Shown: positions 13,935 to 27,030 of the stretch, in pieces | How the letters are laid out: each line of letters starts with the position of its first letter | Position numbering within the stretch: the first letter of the stretch is position 1 | Source of the DNA: Octopus vulgaris | Taxonomy: Eukaryota | Assembly (NCBI GenBank): GCA_951406725.2 | Contig: OX597818.1 | Location: 80,724,001 to 80,788,000 of the forward strand | Direction: 5' to 3' | DNA: 64,000 nt | The notes under the pieces: generated by a model | Database searches by the model: none | What the model saw: only the letters and a program-made list of their open reading frames with translations | What the model was told of the DNA's origin: nothing | Made by a program: the position numbers and the translations under genes

Positions 13935-14833
13935 TTGGGTTGGTAACTACATTCCCACCGCTTTTTTAAATTTAAATTTTTAAAAGGTTTAATAAAAAAT
14001 AACAACTAATTAATCAATAATGTATTCACCCTTGTTGTTTACAACTTCTTCCCAATGTTCAACAAGATTTTCAATACCTTGTTGGTAGAAATCACCCGAT
14101 TTCGACTCAAAAAATTGATCCAACTAAGCTCTCAATTCTGCATCAGTATTGAACGAAACTCCGCGCATAGGATTTGAAAGAGATTGAAAGAAGTGGAAAT
14201 CTGTTGGTGCCAAATCAGGAAAGTATGGCGGGTGTGGCAGCACTTCCCAGCCATGCGTTTGAATGGCTTCCTTGGTCATATTAGCGGTATGAGGGCGGGC
14301 GTTGTCGTGCAGCAGAAGAACTCCATACTGCTGATTAGGTCTTTTCTCTTGAATAGCCGTGTTGAGTTGTTCCATGATCCATACTTCTGAACCTTTCTCA
14401 TCGAGTGAAGATACTTCTCTGTAGCAGTGTGGAAGCATTCCATTTTCTCTGCCAGTTCCCTTGTCATTTGACGAAAATTTTCGCACAAAAGTTGGTTTAA
14501 TTGCTCTTCATCGAACTCAACTGGACGGCCAGAACAAGGTGCGTCTTTGAGGTTAAAATTTCCACTTTTGAACTTGGCATACCAATCACGAGCAGTCCTT
14601 TCAGCTATGGCATCCTCTCCATACACAGCACAAATGTCATGAGCAGCTTTTGCGGCTTTAGAACCTTGATTAAGAGCAAAAGGAAGGTGTCGAAAATACT
14701 TGTTTTTCTTAACATGACATTCCTTTTTAAGAATTAAAATTAGCTAGAAAGAAAACAAAATAGATTCCAAAATTTAAAAACGCAATAAATTCCAAAATTT
14801 TAAAAAATGTCGGGAAATTAGTTTCCAACCCAA
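13935..14833 (-). mobile_element. Internally deleted mariner transposon (mellifera-like), transposase pseudogene
   Basis: TIRs ttgggttggtaacta../..tagtttccaacccaa, with TA on the left. The N-terminal HTH (YGEDAIAERTARDWYAKFKSG) is fused to the C-terminal LLHDNARPH...LPHPPYFPDLAPTDF; the WVPHEL and first-Asp region is missing. Confidence 0.92.
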
Positions 14834-15162
14834 TGTATATATATATATATATATATATATTAAAGATTGTGGTTCAATTCCCAAACCAGGTGGCATATTG
14901 TGTTGTTGAGTAAAACACTTCATTTCATGTTGCTCCAGTCCCTTTTCAATCGTAGGTGAATGTTGGCCTGCTCACTGAGCCAGTAGGGTGGCCTCATTCA
15001 ATGGCTAAAACAGTGCATAGCACATTGTGTCCAATGTCGTGTAACATCTGATAGTTTGTTCAGTCATGTGTTCACATGATATATATGTGCATGTGCACAC
15101 ACACAATACATGTTTATACAGAGAGAGAAGTGAGATGTATGTTATGCGTGTGTATACATATA

Positions 15163-16343
15163 TGAGGGTTAGCTGAAAAATTCACAGTCTGACCAAGAAA
15201 CTCTCATGGGATGTCACCAAATGATGTCTATTTTTCAACATAGTTCCCCTTGTGGTCCACACACTTCTTCCAGCAGTGTTACAGTGCTTGGATGCATTGG
15301 TGAAGAAGCTTTCATTCTATTGGTCAAAAAATTCATCAACAGCAGATATGACCTCATCACTGCAATATTGGTTACCAGCCAAGTGCCTTTTCATGTTGAA
15401 GAACAGATGATAGTTAGATGGGGCCAAACCAGGAGAATAGGGAAGGAGCTAAAGTCACAGATACACACGGCCACCATCAAAACCAAGCACTAGTGTGCTG
15501 GAGCATTGTTCTGATGAAACAAAGCACGTTTCATCAGTTTTCCTGAGCATTTGGTCTTGATAACCCTTGGTAACCACCTCAACAAGTTGGCATAGTACTT
15601 TTTGTTGATAGTGTAGCCCTTTTGAAGATAGTCAATAAACACAATACCTTTTATATCCCATAAAACTGAGGCCATCATCTTCCTTGCAGAAGGGGTGTTT
15701 CCATTGCATGAATTGCCTGTGTCTTTGGCTTAAAGTTATGAATCTAACACTTAGCCAGGTTAAGGAAACATTCAAGGAAACCAGCTGGATCTGCCTGAAA
15801 TAATGTCAGATTTTCTTATGATGTGATCAGCCTGGTATGCTTTGATCTGGTATCAGGTCTGGCATCCAATGAGCAGAAACCTTCATCATGCCAAGTTTAT
15901 TGTGTAGAAAAGTCTCAACTCTCTTACAGGATGGGGTGAACACGATCAATGTTTTCCTTGGTGGTGGCAGCTGCAGAACATTCAGACCTTGGGTCCTCTT
16001 CAACACTCTCTCTTTCCCTCCTAAATTCAGCTGCCCACTTTTGCATTATTGATAAAACGGGAGCATCATCCCCTAATGTAGCAACTATGTCAGCATGAAT
16101 GTCATTGGGGACTAAACTCTTTTCCTGCAGGTATTGAATAACATCACGGTGCCAAATTTTGTCCATTTTCAAGAGAAGTTGCCACTAGTCACTTTTGAAA
16201 TGTTCTTTGAACAGTCAGATGTCAGTTTAGCTGGAAAGAAACAATGCTGTTATTAATAAGAATATTTGAAATTAATGCAAACAAGATTTCACAGCTCTAG
16301 TATCACTCTTTCATTGTCGGCCTATGAACTTTACACCTTCTCA
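15163..16343 (-). mobile_element. Near full-length decayed mariner transposon (irritans/Himar1-like)
   Basis: Fragments MDKIWHRDVIQYL..., MASVLWDIKGIVFIDYLQKG...FHQNNAPAH, PYSPGLAPSNYHLF and WKKCVDHKGNYVEK. Degenerate TIRs flanked by TA; stops and frameshifts present. Confidence 0.9.
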
Positions 16344-16480
16344 TATATGTATAGTCACTTAGCTGTACCTCCTTTTGAGTTTGTTTATATATCAGTTAAT
16401 CTTAAAGGCTACCAAAAACCATTTCATTCACTAACCTTTTCATTGGAATTCACATCACAATAAATTCTCTCTCTCTCTCT

Positions 16481-16515
<35 letters not shown>

Positions 16516-17157
16516 CTCTTCTCCTATTCCTTTCCCTCTCTCTCTTTTCTTCCCCTTTCTCCTCTCTTTCCTTTTGTCTTGTCTATTTTTTTCTCACTTT
16601 CTTTTCTCATCACTTTTCCCTCTCCCCCTTTTCCTCTCTCCCCCTCTTCCTCTACCCCTCTCTTTCTCTTCACCATTCTTTACATTGTATTTTGCTGCTC
16701 TCAATCCTATCTACACAACTGTGTTGTTTACATGTATAATATGTATGAATGTATGAATACATATGAGTATAGGTATTTGTGTATACTTCTACCTGTATTT
16801 GCATGTGCGATTTGTTTGAACATATGTATTATGAATGATATATCAAAACATACATAGGTACATTTGGGGATAAGTGCTTTTTAGTGCTAATCACTAATTT
16901 AATTTAATTTTAAATAATAATTACCTTTGAAGGTTTTTATTCCCATGCTAACCACCTGACAAGATCAGTATTTAGATATCGATCTTATCCTTATTTATAT
17001 AAATTTATATATCTATATATTTATTTCGTTGTTATATTCACTGGTCGTGTGTATACGTTCATATATATGTATGTATACATTCACACATGTAAGTATATCA
17101 TATGTTGTATATATATATATATATATATATATTTGTATTTATGTGCTATCTGAGTAT

Positions 17158-17216
17158 ATTCCACTGATGAAGGCAGAGCATTTCTTATGCAGAGCCAGAA
17201 ATCCGGGATCTGGAAT
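17158..17216 (+). ncRNA. Type I hammerhead ribozyme (predicted)
   Basis: Stem I ATTCCA/TGGAAT, core CTGATGA, stem II GGC..GCC with inner GCAT/ATGC, GAAA, stem III ATCC-G-GGAT, cleavage triplet AUC (after 17210). Confidence 0.75.
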
Positions 17217-17437
17217 TAGCCATTAATTTTTTGCTAGTTTATTTTGTCTCTTTGTCTTCTCTCCTGGTGCTGTATGAACATTTAATGTGGTTTTAGAGTC
17301 AAGTTTTGACTGCTATTTCCAGCGTGGCGGTATCTCTTAAATACCCTAAGTTATAATTTTAAATAATTATTATTTTTGAAGGTTTTTATTCCCATGCTGG
17401 CCACCTGATAAGATTGGTATTTAAATATCGATCTTAT

Positions 17438-17479
<42 letters not shown>

Positions 17480-19144
17480 TGTATGCAATGTCTTACCTCC
17501 TTGAGCAAATGCTCCTAATAGAAAAATTCAACAGAACCATTTAACAACTTAGTCAGACTATAAACTGAAGAAGGTAAAACCTGTGGATGAGAGAAATTTG
17601 GAATTTTTATTGTTCTACAGATATATTCCTCATTCATCAATGAATGCAGTGCCATCTGTTCTACTCTTCAATCACCCCTTGTTTTTTATTTTATACAATT
17701 TTTATCCCAAACAAGGCTTGATCGCTGTAGCATAACGAAGCAGTCCCAACCATTTTTGTACTACAGACTGGTTTTACACTACATACTTACATACACACAC
17801 ATACACACACACAGAGGACATGGTTCTAACTGACTGGTTATAAGCCAGTTTGAGTCTAAGTCCACCTGTAGGCCTATATAGCTTTGTTTTCTATTTTTAC
17901 ATTCTTAAGATACATTCTCAGGCAAGTCACACAAAGCATTCTGTATTATACTATTACACTGGTGTTAGTCTCAAGCTGTCTGCTTATAAACAATTATGAG
18001 GTTGCCTCAATGTCTCTTCGGCAGAATATTCATCCAGCAGTTGGGATAACCACAGTGGTGATTGATAACCAAAGCTAGGGGAAGCATTTGTTAGCTGATA
18101 TCCGTAAACCCATTAGATTTCAACTGAGCTATTTATTATTGCTGCTGGGAGCTGGCGCGCCAAAAGTCATAAAGTCAATGACGACCTGTATATATATATT
18201 CGTGTGGCATTGTCCGTTTTTCTGTCCTTGTTTCGTATACATTCGATCCTTTTACCAAGAAATCTAATGCTCGCAGCTTAGTTTTTCCTTGGAACTGGCC
18301 GGATCAGAGTGATCTCAAGATTAATCAGCTGAAATTGCAAGGATGATCCTGTTCTTGACTGAAGATTAGAGGCTTCGAATGACCCGTCCGTTTTTTGTGT
18401 CGTCTATTTGAATGTTTTGCGTTCTTGTCCCATTTTGTATTTTTATATATATTTTTTATACATACATATATTCCCTCTCACTCCTCCTCATCTCCCTCAC
18501 GGCTGAGCCGACCTACCTTACTTCCTTTTCACTCCAGCCTGCTACAAGTCAAGATGACTTATTCCTGCGCTCTAAATTTTTTTTCCTCGTCTAGGCTAAA
18601 AAAGGCCCTCAATGTTTGTTTTTTTTGTCCTGTTTTTATTCTTTGTGTACTGTATTTTTTTATATTTGTATTTTTATTTTGTATTCGTATTTTTATTTGT
18701 ATTGCTTTTACGTCCTGTTCTTGTCACATTTTTTACTTTCCTTGTTTTTACCCCTCTGCAAGGGAATTTTATTTAATTCCCTTGCAGGAAGGACCGGTCT
18801 TACGAGCATGTCCTGTCCTTACCTTCGAAACACGCATGGAGTCGAACCGGGGACAGCTGATGAAGGGGAATATTCCTTGTGTTGTTTGTCCTGTGTTCTG
18901 TTTTTTCAATTTTAAAAAAAGTCCGTTCCCTTGTTTTTATGTTTCCGTTTCTCGTTGAGTTCTACGTCTATTTGTGGTGTCCTGTACTCACATATATATA
19001 TTTATATATGCATGTATATCTACATGTAGATGTAGGTACGTACATATATGTATGTATGTATGCATATATTTTATTTATTACATTATTGTATGACTGAGCG
19101 CCTTCGCGTCGTTTCGTTTCATTTCTTTCCTTTCTCCCAGTATG

Positions 19145-19183
<39 letters not shown>

Positions 19184-20294
19184 GAATGTTTTTATATATA
19201 ATGAACGTGAAATACAGGAAGGGACGAACACGGAACACAGACAAATCATTCGAAGCCTTCAATCTTCAGTCAGACACCGAATCATCATAGCAAATTTCGC
19301 CTGTTCAATTCTGATATTTGCTCCAACTCGGCCAGCCCCAAGAAAAAAAACTAAGCTGTAATCATTAGATTTCTTGGTAGAAGACAGGAATGTGAACGCA
19401 CAAGACGGATGTAAATACAAGAGACGAAAACGAAATTGAAAACAGTAATGAATATAAACAAAATATATATAACGGTGGTTGTCATACGACTTTAGACCAA
19501 ATGAGACAAAAACAACAACATAGCAGCTGGCGTAGAAATAATTACCGTTTCGGTAGCGGGGACACATGTTGGTCGAGATACGATGGCCAACAGAATGGTT
19601 AAGAAGCAGCAGGTTGCAGGAGAGAGAGAGAAAGAGAGACAGAGAGAGAGGGAATCAAAGAGGGTGGAAGGCAGGGGACAGAATCAGTGACCAAGAGAAA
19701 AGGAGGATGGGAGGAGGATGGGAGGAAGAGGGGGGAAGAATCGGAGGGCGCCAAAATAGTTTGGTGAAGAAGCAATGGCGGGTAGGAAAGACAGTGTGTA
19801 TAGAAGTCGTGCAGGGTTTAAAATTGGACAAACAAACGGGGGGGGGGGTGCACGTAACGCCGCAATAATATAAGAATGAATGTTTTTATATATAATGAAC
19901 GTGAAATACAGGAAGGGACGAAATAGGTACATATACAATGGGATTCTTTCAGTTTCTGTCTACCATATTGGCTCACTAAGGCTTTGGTTAGTCCAGTGCT
20001 ATAGTAGAAGACATTTGCCCAAGGTAGCATTAGGCAGGTTTGAATCCAAGACCACACAGTTGAGAAGCAAGCTTCTTAACAACATACCCTCACCTGTACT
20101 TTTCTGCAAGAAGTCTTTATATTAAGGCAAAAGCTTGGGCATGAATCCAGGTTACAGAATCAATTGATTGACAGAGATAGTCAATGAGGATAATAAGGGA
20201 GTTACAAGAGATTGAACTCGGCTAACAAGAATATCATCTGAACATCTCAAATATAACTGCTGTATGTCTGTCTCCAAGAGTAAACAAATTCTTT

Positions 20295-20662
20295 TGTTTC
20301 AGTCATTTGACTGTGGCCATGCTGGAGCACCACCTTTAGTCGAGCAAATTGACCCTGGGACTTATTTTTTGTAAGCCAAGTACTTATTCTATCAGTCTCT
20401 TTTGCCAAACCACCAGGTTACAGGGATGTAAACACACCACTATTGGTTGTCAAGTGACGTTGGGAAGACAGACACAGACACACAAACACACACACATATG
20501 ACGAACTTCTTTCAGTTTCCGTCTACCAAATCCACTCACAAGGCATTGGTCGGCCCAAAGCTATAGCAGAAGACACTTGCCCAAGGTGCCATGCAGTGGG
20601 ACGGAACCTGGCACCATGTGGTTGGTAAGCAAGCTACTTACCACACAGCCACTCCTGCGCCT
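20295..20662 (-). mobile_element. SINE family B
   Basis: Colinear with 8927-9340. Confidence 0.8.
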
Positions 20663-21289
20663 ATGTTTACCAGCAAATAGAATCACCATCATCATCATCA
20701 CCACTACCACCACCATCATCAGTTTGTAGCTATTTTACCATGCTTGCATAGTACAAACGGAATTTGTTGCAACAGGCTTTTTCAGCATCTGGGTTGTGTA
20801 GCCTTTTCTTGTCGCCTTGTTTCCAAGCAAGGTAATATTTTCCCTCACGGCCAGAACATGATTTTCATAAAAGACTGGAAATGAATGACATTGCTTATAT
20901 GACAGTGGTTGTTTATAGTGATTACATGTCAAGAGTACTTGCAAACATGTGCACACAGCTGGAATTTTCAGAAAAAGAAACCAAACCAACTGGCTTGCAC
21001 ATTACCAATACAATCTGTAAGTGGAACAGTAAAACTATGCTAGGCTTTTCTCAAGTTTAAAATGTGACATTGTTTTCATTATCCACATTCCAATGACGGA
21101 GCTTTGTATTTTTGTTAAAAACCAGCTCCTTCTTCAAAGGAAAAATTTATATAATTAAAAAATAGAAAAGAACAATTATCTCTCTCTCTCTTTCTATATA
21201 TATATATATATATATATATATGACCATGCGCATATCGTTGGCGATTTTCTTTCTCCATCTTTCCTTCCTTGGACCTTTCCTTTTTTTAT

Positions 21290-21324
21290 GTTTCTGATGG
21301 AGAGCTCTGCTTGAAACGTTAAAT
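21290..21324 (+). ncRNA. Degenerate minimal type I hammerhead motif in a ~200 bp repeat (about 21220-21422)
   Basis: GTTT-CTGATGG-A-GAGC(TCT)GCTT-GAAAC-GTT-AAAT. Confidence 0.55.
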
Positions 21325-21910
21325 CCTTCTTTCTTTCCTTTCCTGCGCATCTGATAACACTATAATTGTCCCACATCCTTGCGTTGTTGTGTTTTCTCTT
21401 TGTTCATGTTTGGATTAACTATATATATATATATATATACACACACATGCACACACACAGACATATTATGATGGACTTCTTTCAGTCCACCAAATCCACT
21501 CAAAAGGCTTTGGTTGGCCCAGAACTATAAAGTACTTCACAGTGGGACTGAACTCAGAACCATTTGGTTGGGAAGCAACACCTGTGCCTCTTAGTATAAA
21601 TACAATATAAAAAAAGAATAGGGAAAATATAAATTATATCTCATTGCTTAATATTCCTGATTCACATATTACTATATAATGTCGCCTGATTTGATAGTCA
21701 CATGATGAGTACTATTTGACAGGGTCACCAATTTGATGAAGGGTTCTTTGGTTATGATACTTGAAGATAGATTCTGTGGGTAAAGGATCCTCTTTCAACT
21801 TTGGTTTTGCTTGGATAAACTCTTTACGGTGATACACAATTAGTATACTTGAGTTAGCACATTACCTGACGCATTGTCAGTGTATGTGCATACACACACA
21901 CACACATACA

Positions 21911-21951
<41 letters not shown>

Positions 21952-22544
21952 TACACACACATGTATATATATATATATTTACATACACACATGCATACAT
22001 GGTTGTGAGTATATTAGTGTAACTGTGCTTGTATCTGAGATGGGATGCAGGGAGAGAGATGAAGAAAAGTGAGAGTGGAATTTGGGAATATGGGAGGTAG
22101 CAGTTGTGAGCATACTGCAGCACAGAAAGAGATAAGAGTGAGGAATCAGAGAGATGTGGCAACGAAAGAAGAGAAAGATAAAATGTATGAAGTAAATTGG
22201 TGGCGGCGAGGAAGAATTAAAAACGATCTGCTGCTGTTTGTTGAAGTGTCTTGGTGCTCACTGTTCTATTATGGTTGCAGCAGTAGTAACAACTCGGCAT
22301 TTTGTTGTGAAACTATTGGAGTGGAAGTGAAGGCTTTCTTCAAGTGAAGGATGTGTGTGTTGGCAGCAGATTTGGATTGAGTGGAGTATAGTGAGTGAGC
22401 GAGCGAGTGAGAGTGAATGGGAGAGAATGAGTGAGAGAATGTAAGCGGTTGAGTGAGGAAGAAATACAAAGATAAGGCAAAGAATGTGAGTAGAAGAGAG
22501 AGAAACAGTGAGGAAGAAAGGAGAAATACAAAAGTAGAGAGAGG

Positions 22545-22700
22545 GGAAAGGAGAGAAGTAATGTGAGTAGGAGAGAGAGAGAGAAATACAAAGAGAATGA
22601 GAGAGAAGTAATGTGAGTTGTAGAGAGAGGGAGAGAGAAGTAATGTGAGTTGTAGAGAGAGGGAGAGAGAAGTAATGTGAGTTGTAGAGAGAGGGAGAGA
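22545..22700. repeat. ~30-bp purine-rich tandem repeat in a long (GA)-rich tract
   Basis: agagaagtaatgtgagttgtagagagaggg, 3-4 copies. Confidence 0.8.
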
Positions 22701-23306
22701 GAGAATGAAATAGAAAAGCAAAGAGAGGAAGGAAGAGAGAATGTGAGAGTGGTAGAGATGGTGGAGTGAGATTGTGAGAGAATGAGAGAGAAACAGACGT
22801 TTGAGTGAAAGTATGAGAGAGAAATAGGTAAGGTGACAAAAAGGAAGAGAGAGAGAGAGAAAGAAGATCAAATAATGTGTGATGAAGATGAGATGGAAGA
22901 GAAATTGGTACATAGAAGAATTGAAAGGGGAGAGGGAGAAATATATATATCTGTATGAGAGAGAGAGAGAGAGAGAAAGAGAGTTGGTCTGATAAATGAA
23001 CAGAAATGCAGAGAGGAAGGAGAAGTTGACAGAGTAACACAGAGAAGAGAGAGAAAGAGTGAGACAGAGAGAGAGAGAGAGAGAGAGAGACCAGGAGAAA
23101 TAAAACATGAAATTTAGAGTAAATGATTGAGTGAGTGAGAAAGAGAAAGATGGTCTAATAAATAAATAGAAAGAATTAAAGAGAGGAAGAACTATACAGA
23201 GAGAGAGAGAGAGAGAGAAAGAAAATTGAGAGGGAGATAGAGAAGTAAGTGAGAGAGTGAAAGATAAAGGCTCAGTGAGAATGAGGGAAAGAAGGGATTA
23301 TTGTAA

Positions 23307-23528
23307 CCCTTTAGCATTTAAACCAGCTGTCTGGCTCATCTATTTGTTTTATGTTTGAACTAGCCAGATCCAGCCTCTCACACTTATCCTACAATGTCAT
23401 TCTAAAAATCAACAATCGCATTATCAAAATCTTGAAGTTAGGAGATAATGCATGATTAAATTGAAAGAATGCGATTAATTCGAAAGAATATGCATTACAT
23501 TTGACAGAGCAATCTGAATGCTCAAGGG
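23307..23528. mobile_element. piggyBac-like MITE
   Basis: TIRs CCCTTTAGCATT / AATGCTCAAGGG, with TTAA on the right and GTAA on the left. Confidence 0.55.
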
Positions 23529-25277
23529 TTAAACATAGAGACAGAGATTAAGAGAAGTAAGAGACTGAGGAGGAAAAGCAGAGTTGGAGAAGGGAGGGAA
23601 AGATTGAAAGAAGAAGAGAGAATGAGAGACGAAAAGGGAGAGTTGAAGAGGAAAAGTAAGAGTAGCGAAATGGAAGAGGAAGACAGAAGAGAGTCAAAAG
23701 TAGCAGGAAGAGCTGAGAGATGGAGGGAGAGGAGGAGAGAAATAGTGAAAGAGTGAGGAATAAAAGAGGAGGAGATTGAAAGACTATTGAAATTAGAAGT
23801 AATAGAATAAGAGGAGAGAAGAAAAAGAGTTGGAACAAGAAAGAGAAGGAGGAGTGGTGAAAGCCAAAGATGAAGAAACATCACAGAAGGAAAAAGGAAG
23901 AAGAGGAAGAGGAGTGAACTACCTTTGAATAACAAATATGGTTGCAGGCATTGCTTTATGGTAAGAAGTTTGCTTCCCAACCACATGGTTCTGGGTTCAG
24001 TCCCAATGCATGGCAATTCAGGCAAGTGTTTTCTACTATAGCCTTGAGCCAACCAAAGCCTTGTGAGTGGATTTGGTAGATGGAAGCTGAAAGAAGCCGG
24101 TCGTACATTTATATGTATGTTTCTTTGTGTCTGTGTATTTGTTCCCCCCCCCCCCACCTCACTGCTTGATAACTAGTGTTGGTTTGTTTATGTCTCAGTA
24201 ACTTAACAGTTCAGCAGAAAAAGACCGATAGAATAAGTACCAGGCTTAAAAAAAAATATTAGTATTGGGGTTGTTTGTTCAACTTGAACCCTTCAAGGTG
24301 GTGCCCCAGCATGGCTACAGTCCAATGACTGAAACAAGTAAAATGTAAGCCATACTGCAGTTGTTTATTTATTACTTACCCATGGCCACAGCCTTAGGGT
24401 TGAAACATGTAAAAAAAAAAGTAAAAGAATCCTGCCATTCTTCCCCACTCATTTTCACACCTCTCCTCCCTTCTCCATCTCATGCATCATTGGTCATCTA
24501 TCACTCTCTCTGTCCACCCTTCAATCCTGCTCAATCTTTAAAGTTGTCTACTTCCCATCCTATCTTCTTCCCCACTACCAACCTACCTGTACACCTAGTT
24601 CCACTTGAGGCACACCCACTACTCACCTTTTATCTTGAGGAGATACTTGGACTCACAGCTCCTACTTAATCATCCTCACTCATTCTCTTTCTCTCTCTTT
24701 CTCCCAAAGGTGAGTAACCATGTAGTTCCTCTGCAGGAACCTGATTGTCCCTCCTTCCTTCCCTCCATGCTTAAATGCTAATGCCATTGCCCCACTCCTC
24801 TCATAAATGTTACACCCTGCCTCCTAATTGAGTTTTGTAGTCTCACAAGCTGCTTGATAAACTCACTAGTGGTGATGGCATGAAAAAAGCCACACACACC
24901 ATAAAATGTTTGGCATTAGGAAGGCCATCCAGCTGTAGAGACTATGCCAAAACACACTGGAACATGATGAGGTCTTTGGACCCATTGAATCTTGTCAAAC
25001 CATCCAACTGATGGCAGCACAGAATGCCAACATTAAATGATGGTGATGTTCTAAATATTGATGCTATGAATTGAACAATATCAAACTGAGGAGGCAACAG
25101 CCGTATAAGTATAAAAATTAAGGTAGTTGGGCCTCACTATATTTACTATATGTATGGCATTAATTAATTACCAAAGAATAATGCAGAAAAAAATCTCAAT
25201 GGAATTTGAACTCAGAACATGAAGCCAGAAGAATTGCTGCTGAACATTTTGTCCTGCAAGTCTACTAGCTCAGCACC

Positions 25278-25317
<40 letters not shown>

Positions 25318-26023
25318 TAATAATAATAATAATAATAATAATTATTATTATTAATTATTAATAATAATTAATTGAGAGTGAGATAGGTAGAGAAGGAAGT
25401 GGGAGTGTGAAAGATAAAGGTTCAGTTTTATTATTATTATTATACATACATAATAATAATAATAAGTAGGTGTAAACACATGAACAAAATAAAAATAAAC
25501 AAAAACAAATTACACAAACATATATAAACAGGAGATACAAATATTATAGGCACTCCCCCCCCACACACACACTAACTAAACTCTGGCTGAAATAAGATTA
25601 AAATTAATGTAAAAAATAAATAACGCTGAAGCAAAGTAACACCAAATATATAGTGTGTGTTTTTATTGGCTAAACTGGCAAAATGACCATTCCTAAATAC
25701 AACAATATCTGTTTCAACACACGATTTCTCATCAAAAATCTTGCAAAACAAATATATAAACGTAAGAATTTTAATCCTTTAGCATTTAAACCAGCTATGT
25801 CTGGCTCAAATATTCTATTTGTTTTATGTTTGAGCTAGCCAGATCCAGCCTCTCACACTTATCCTACAATGTCATTTTAAACATAAATGTTACATCCTGC
25901 CTCCTAACTGGGTTTTGTAGTCTCACAAGCTGCTTGGTAACCTCACTAGTGGTGATGACATGAAAGAAAGCATTCAAACACACCATAAAGCGTTTGGCAT
26001 TAGGAAGGACATCCAGCTGTTGA

Positions 26024-26338
26024 AGGCTGGATATAGTAACCTTTAGGAGCGACAAACAAGAGTGCCTCAAAATTTATGCGGCAGTGCCCGGAGATCAACA
26101 TATCATCATGAAAGAAAAAGGGTTGATAAATATGGAGACCTGAGAATTGAGATTGCTAAGATGTGGCTGCTATGAGAGTCAAACATAAAGGTTATCCCTA
26201 TTGTTATCGGAGCATTAGATTCTCTGAGGTCCTTGTTGTGACTTGACAAACAGTACAAACCCCTGGTAGGCACAATATCTTCAATCAACAACCTCATGGT
26301 ATTGTATACTGTGTGATGTCTATAATAATAATAGTAAT
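26024..26338 (+). mobile_element. 3' fragment of R4/Dong-like non-LTR retrotransposon (restriction-like endonuclease)
   Basis: Translates as RLDIVTF..KQECLKIYAAVPGDQHIIMKEK..DKYGDLRIEIAKMW..KVIPIVIGAL and ends in (TAA)n. Confidence 0.78.
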
Positions 26339-26786
26339 GGTTTCAAGTTTTACTGCAAGGGTAGTAATTTTGGGGGAGGGGATGAATCGATTACATCGAC
26401 CCCAGTGTTCAACTGGTACCTTTTTTTATCGAACCCCGAAAGGATGAAAGGTAAAGTCGACCTTGGTGGAATTTGAACTCAGTGCAAAGACTGACAAAAT
26501 GCCACTAAGCATTTCTCTTGGCGTGCTAATGATTCTGCCAGCTCACTACCTTAATAATAATAATAATAATAATAATAATCATCCTTTTTACTATAGGCAG
26601 AAGGCCTAAAATTTGAGGGAGGGAGATAAGACAATTACATTGACCCCTAGTACACAACTGGTACTTATTTTACTGACCCCAAAACGACAAAAGCTAAATC
26701 GACTTTGGCAGAATTTCAATGTAAGGACAGACAAAATGCCACAAAGCATTTTGCCCAGTGTGCTAAGAATTTTAATAATAATGATG

Positions 26787-26821
<35 letters not shown>

Positions 26822-27030
26822 CCTTTCTACTAAAGGCACAAGACCTGAAATTTTGGGGTAGGGAGCCAGTCAATTACATGAACCCCAGTTCTCAACTGGT
26901 GCTTATTTTATCGATCCCGAAATTTGAACTCAGAATGTAAAGATGGACGAAATGCCGCTGAACATTTTGTCCAGCACTCTAACAATTCTTCTAGCTCACC
27001 ACCTTATGTAATAATAATAATAATAATAAT
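26338..27030 (-). mobile_element. Three family A SINEs separated by (TAA)n
   Basis: Repeated core and head sequences. Confidence 0.75.

Noticed and set aside
22258-24157. Long Leu/Ser/Phe-rich ORFs resembling membrane proteins
   Set aside because: Antisense reading of GA-rich low-complexity DNA plus a SINE.
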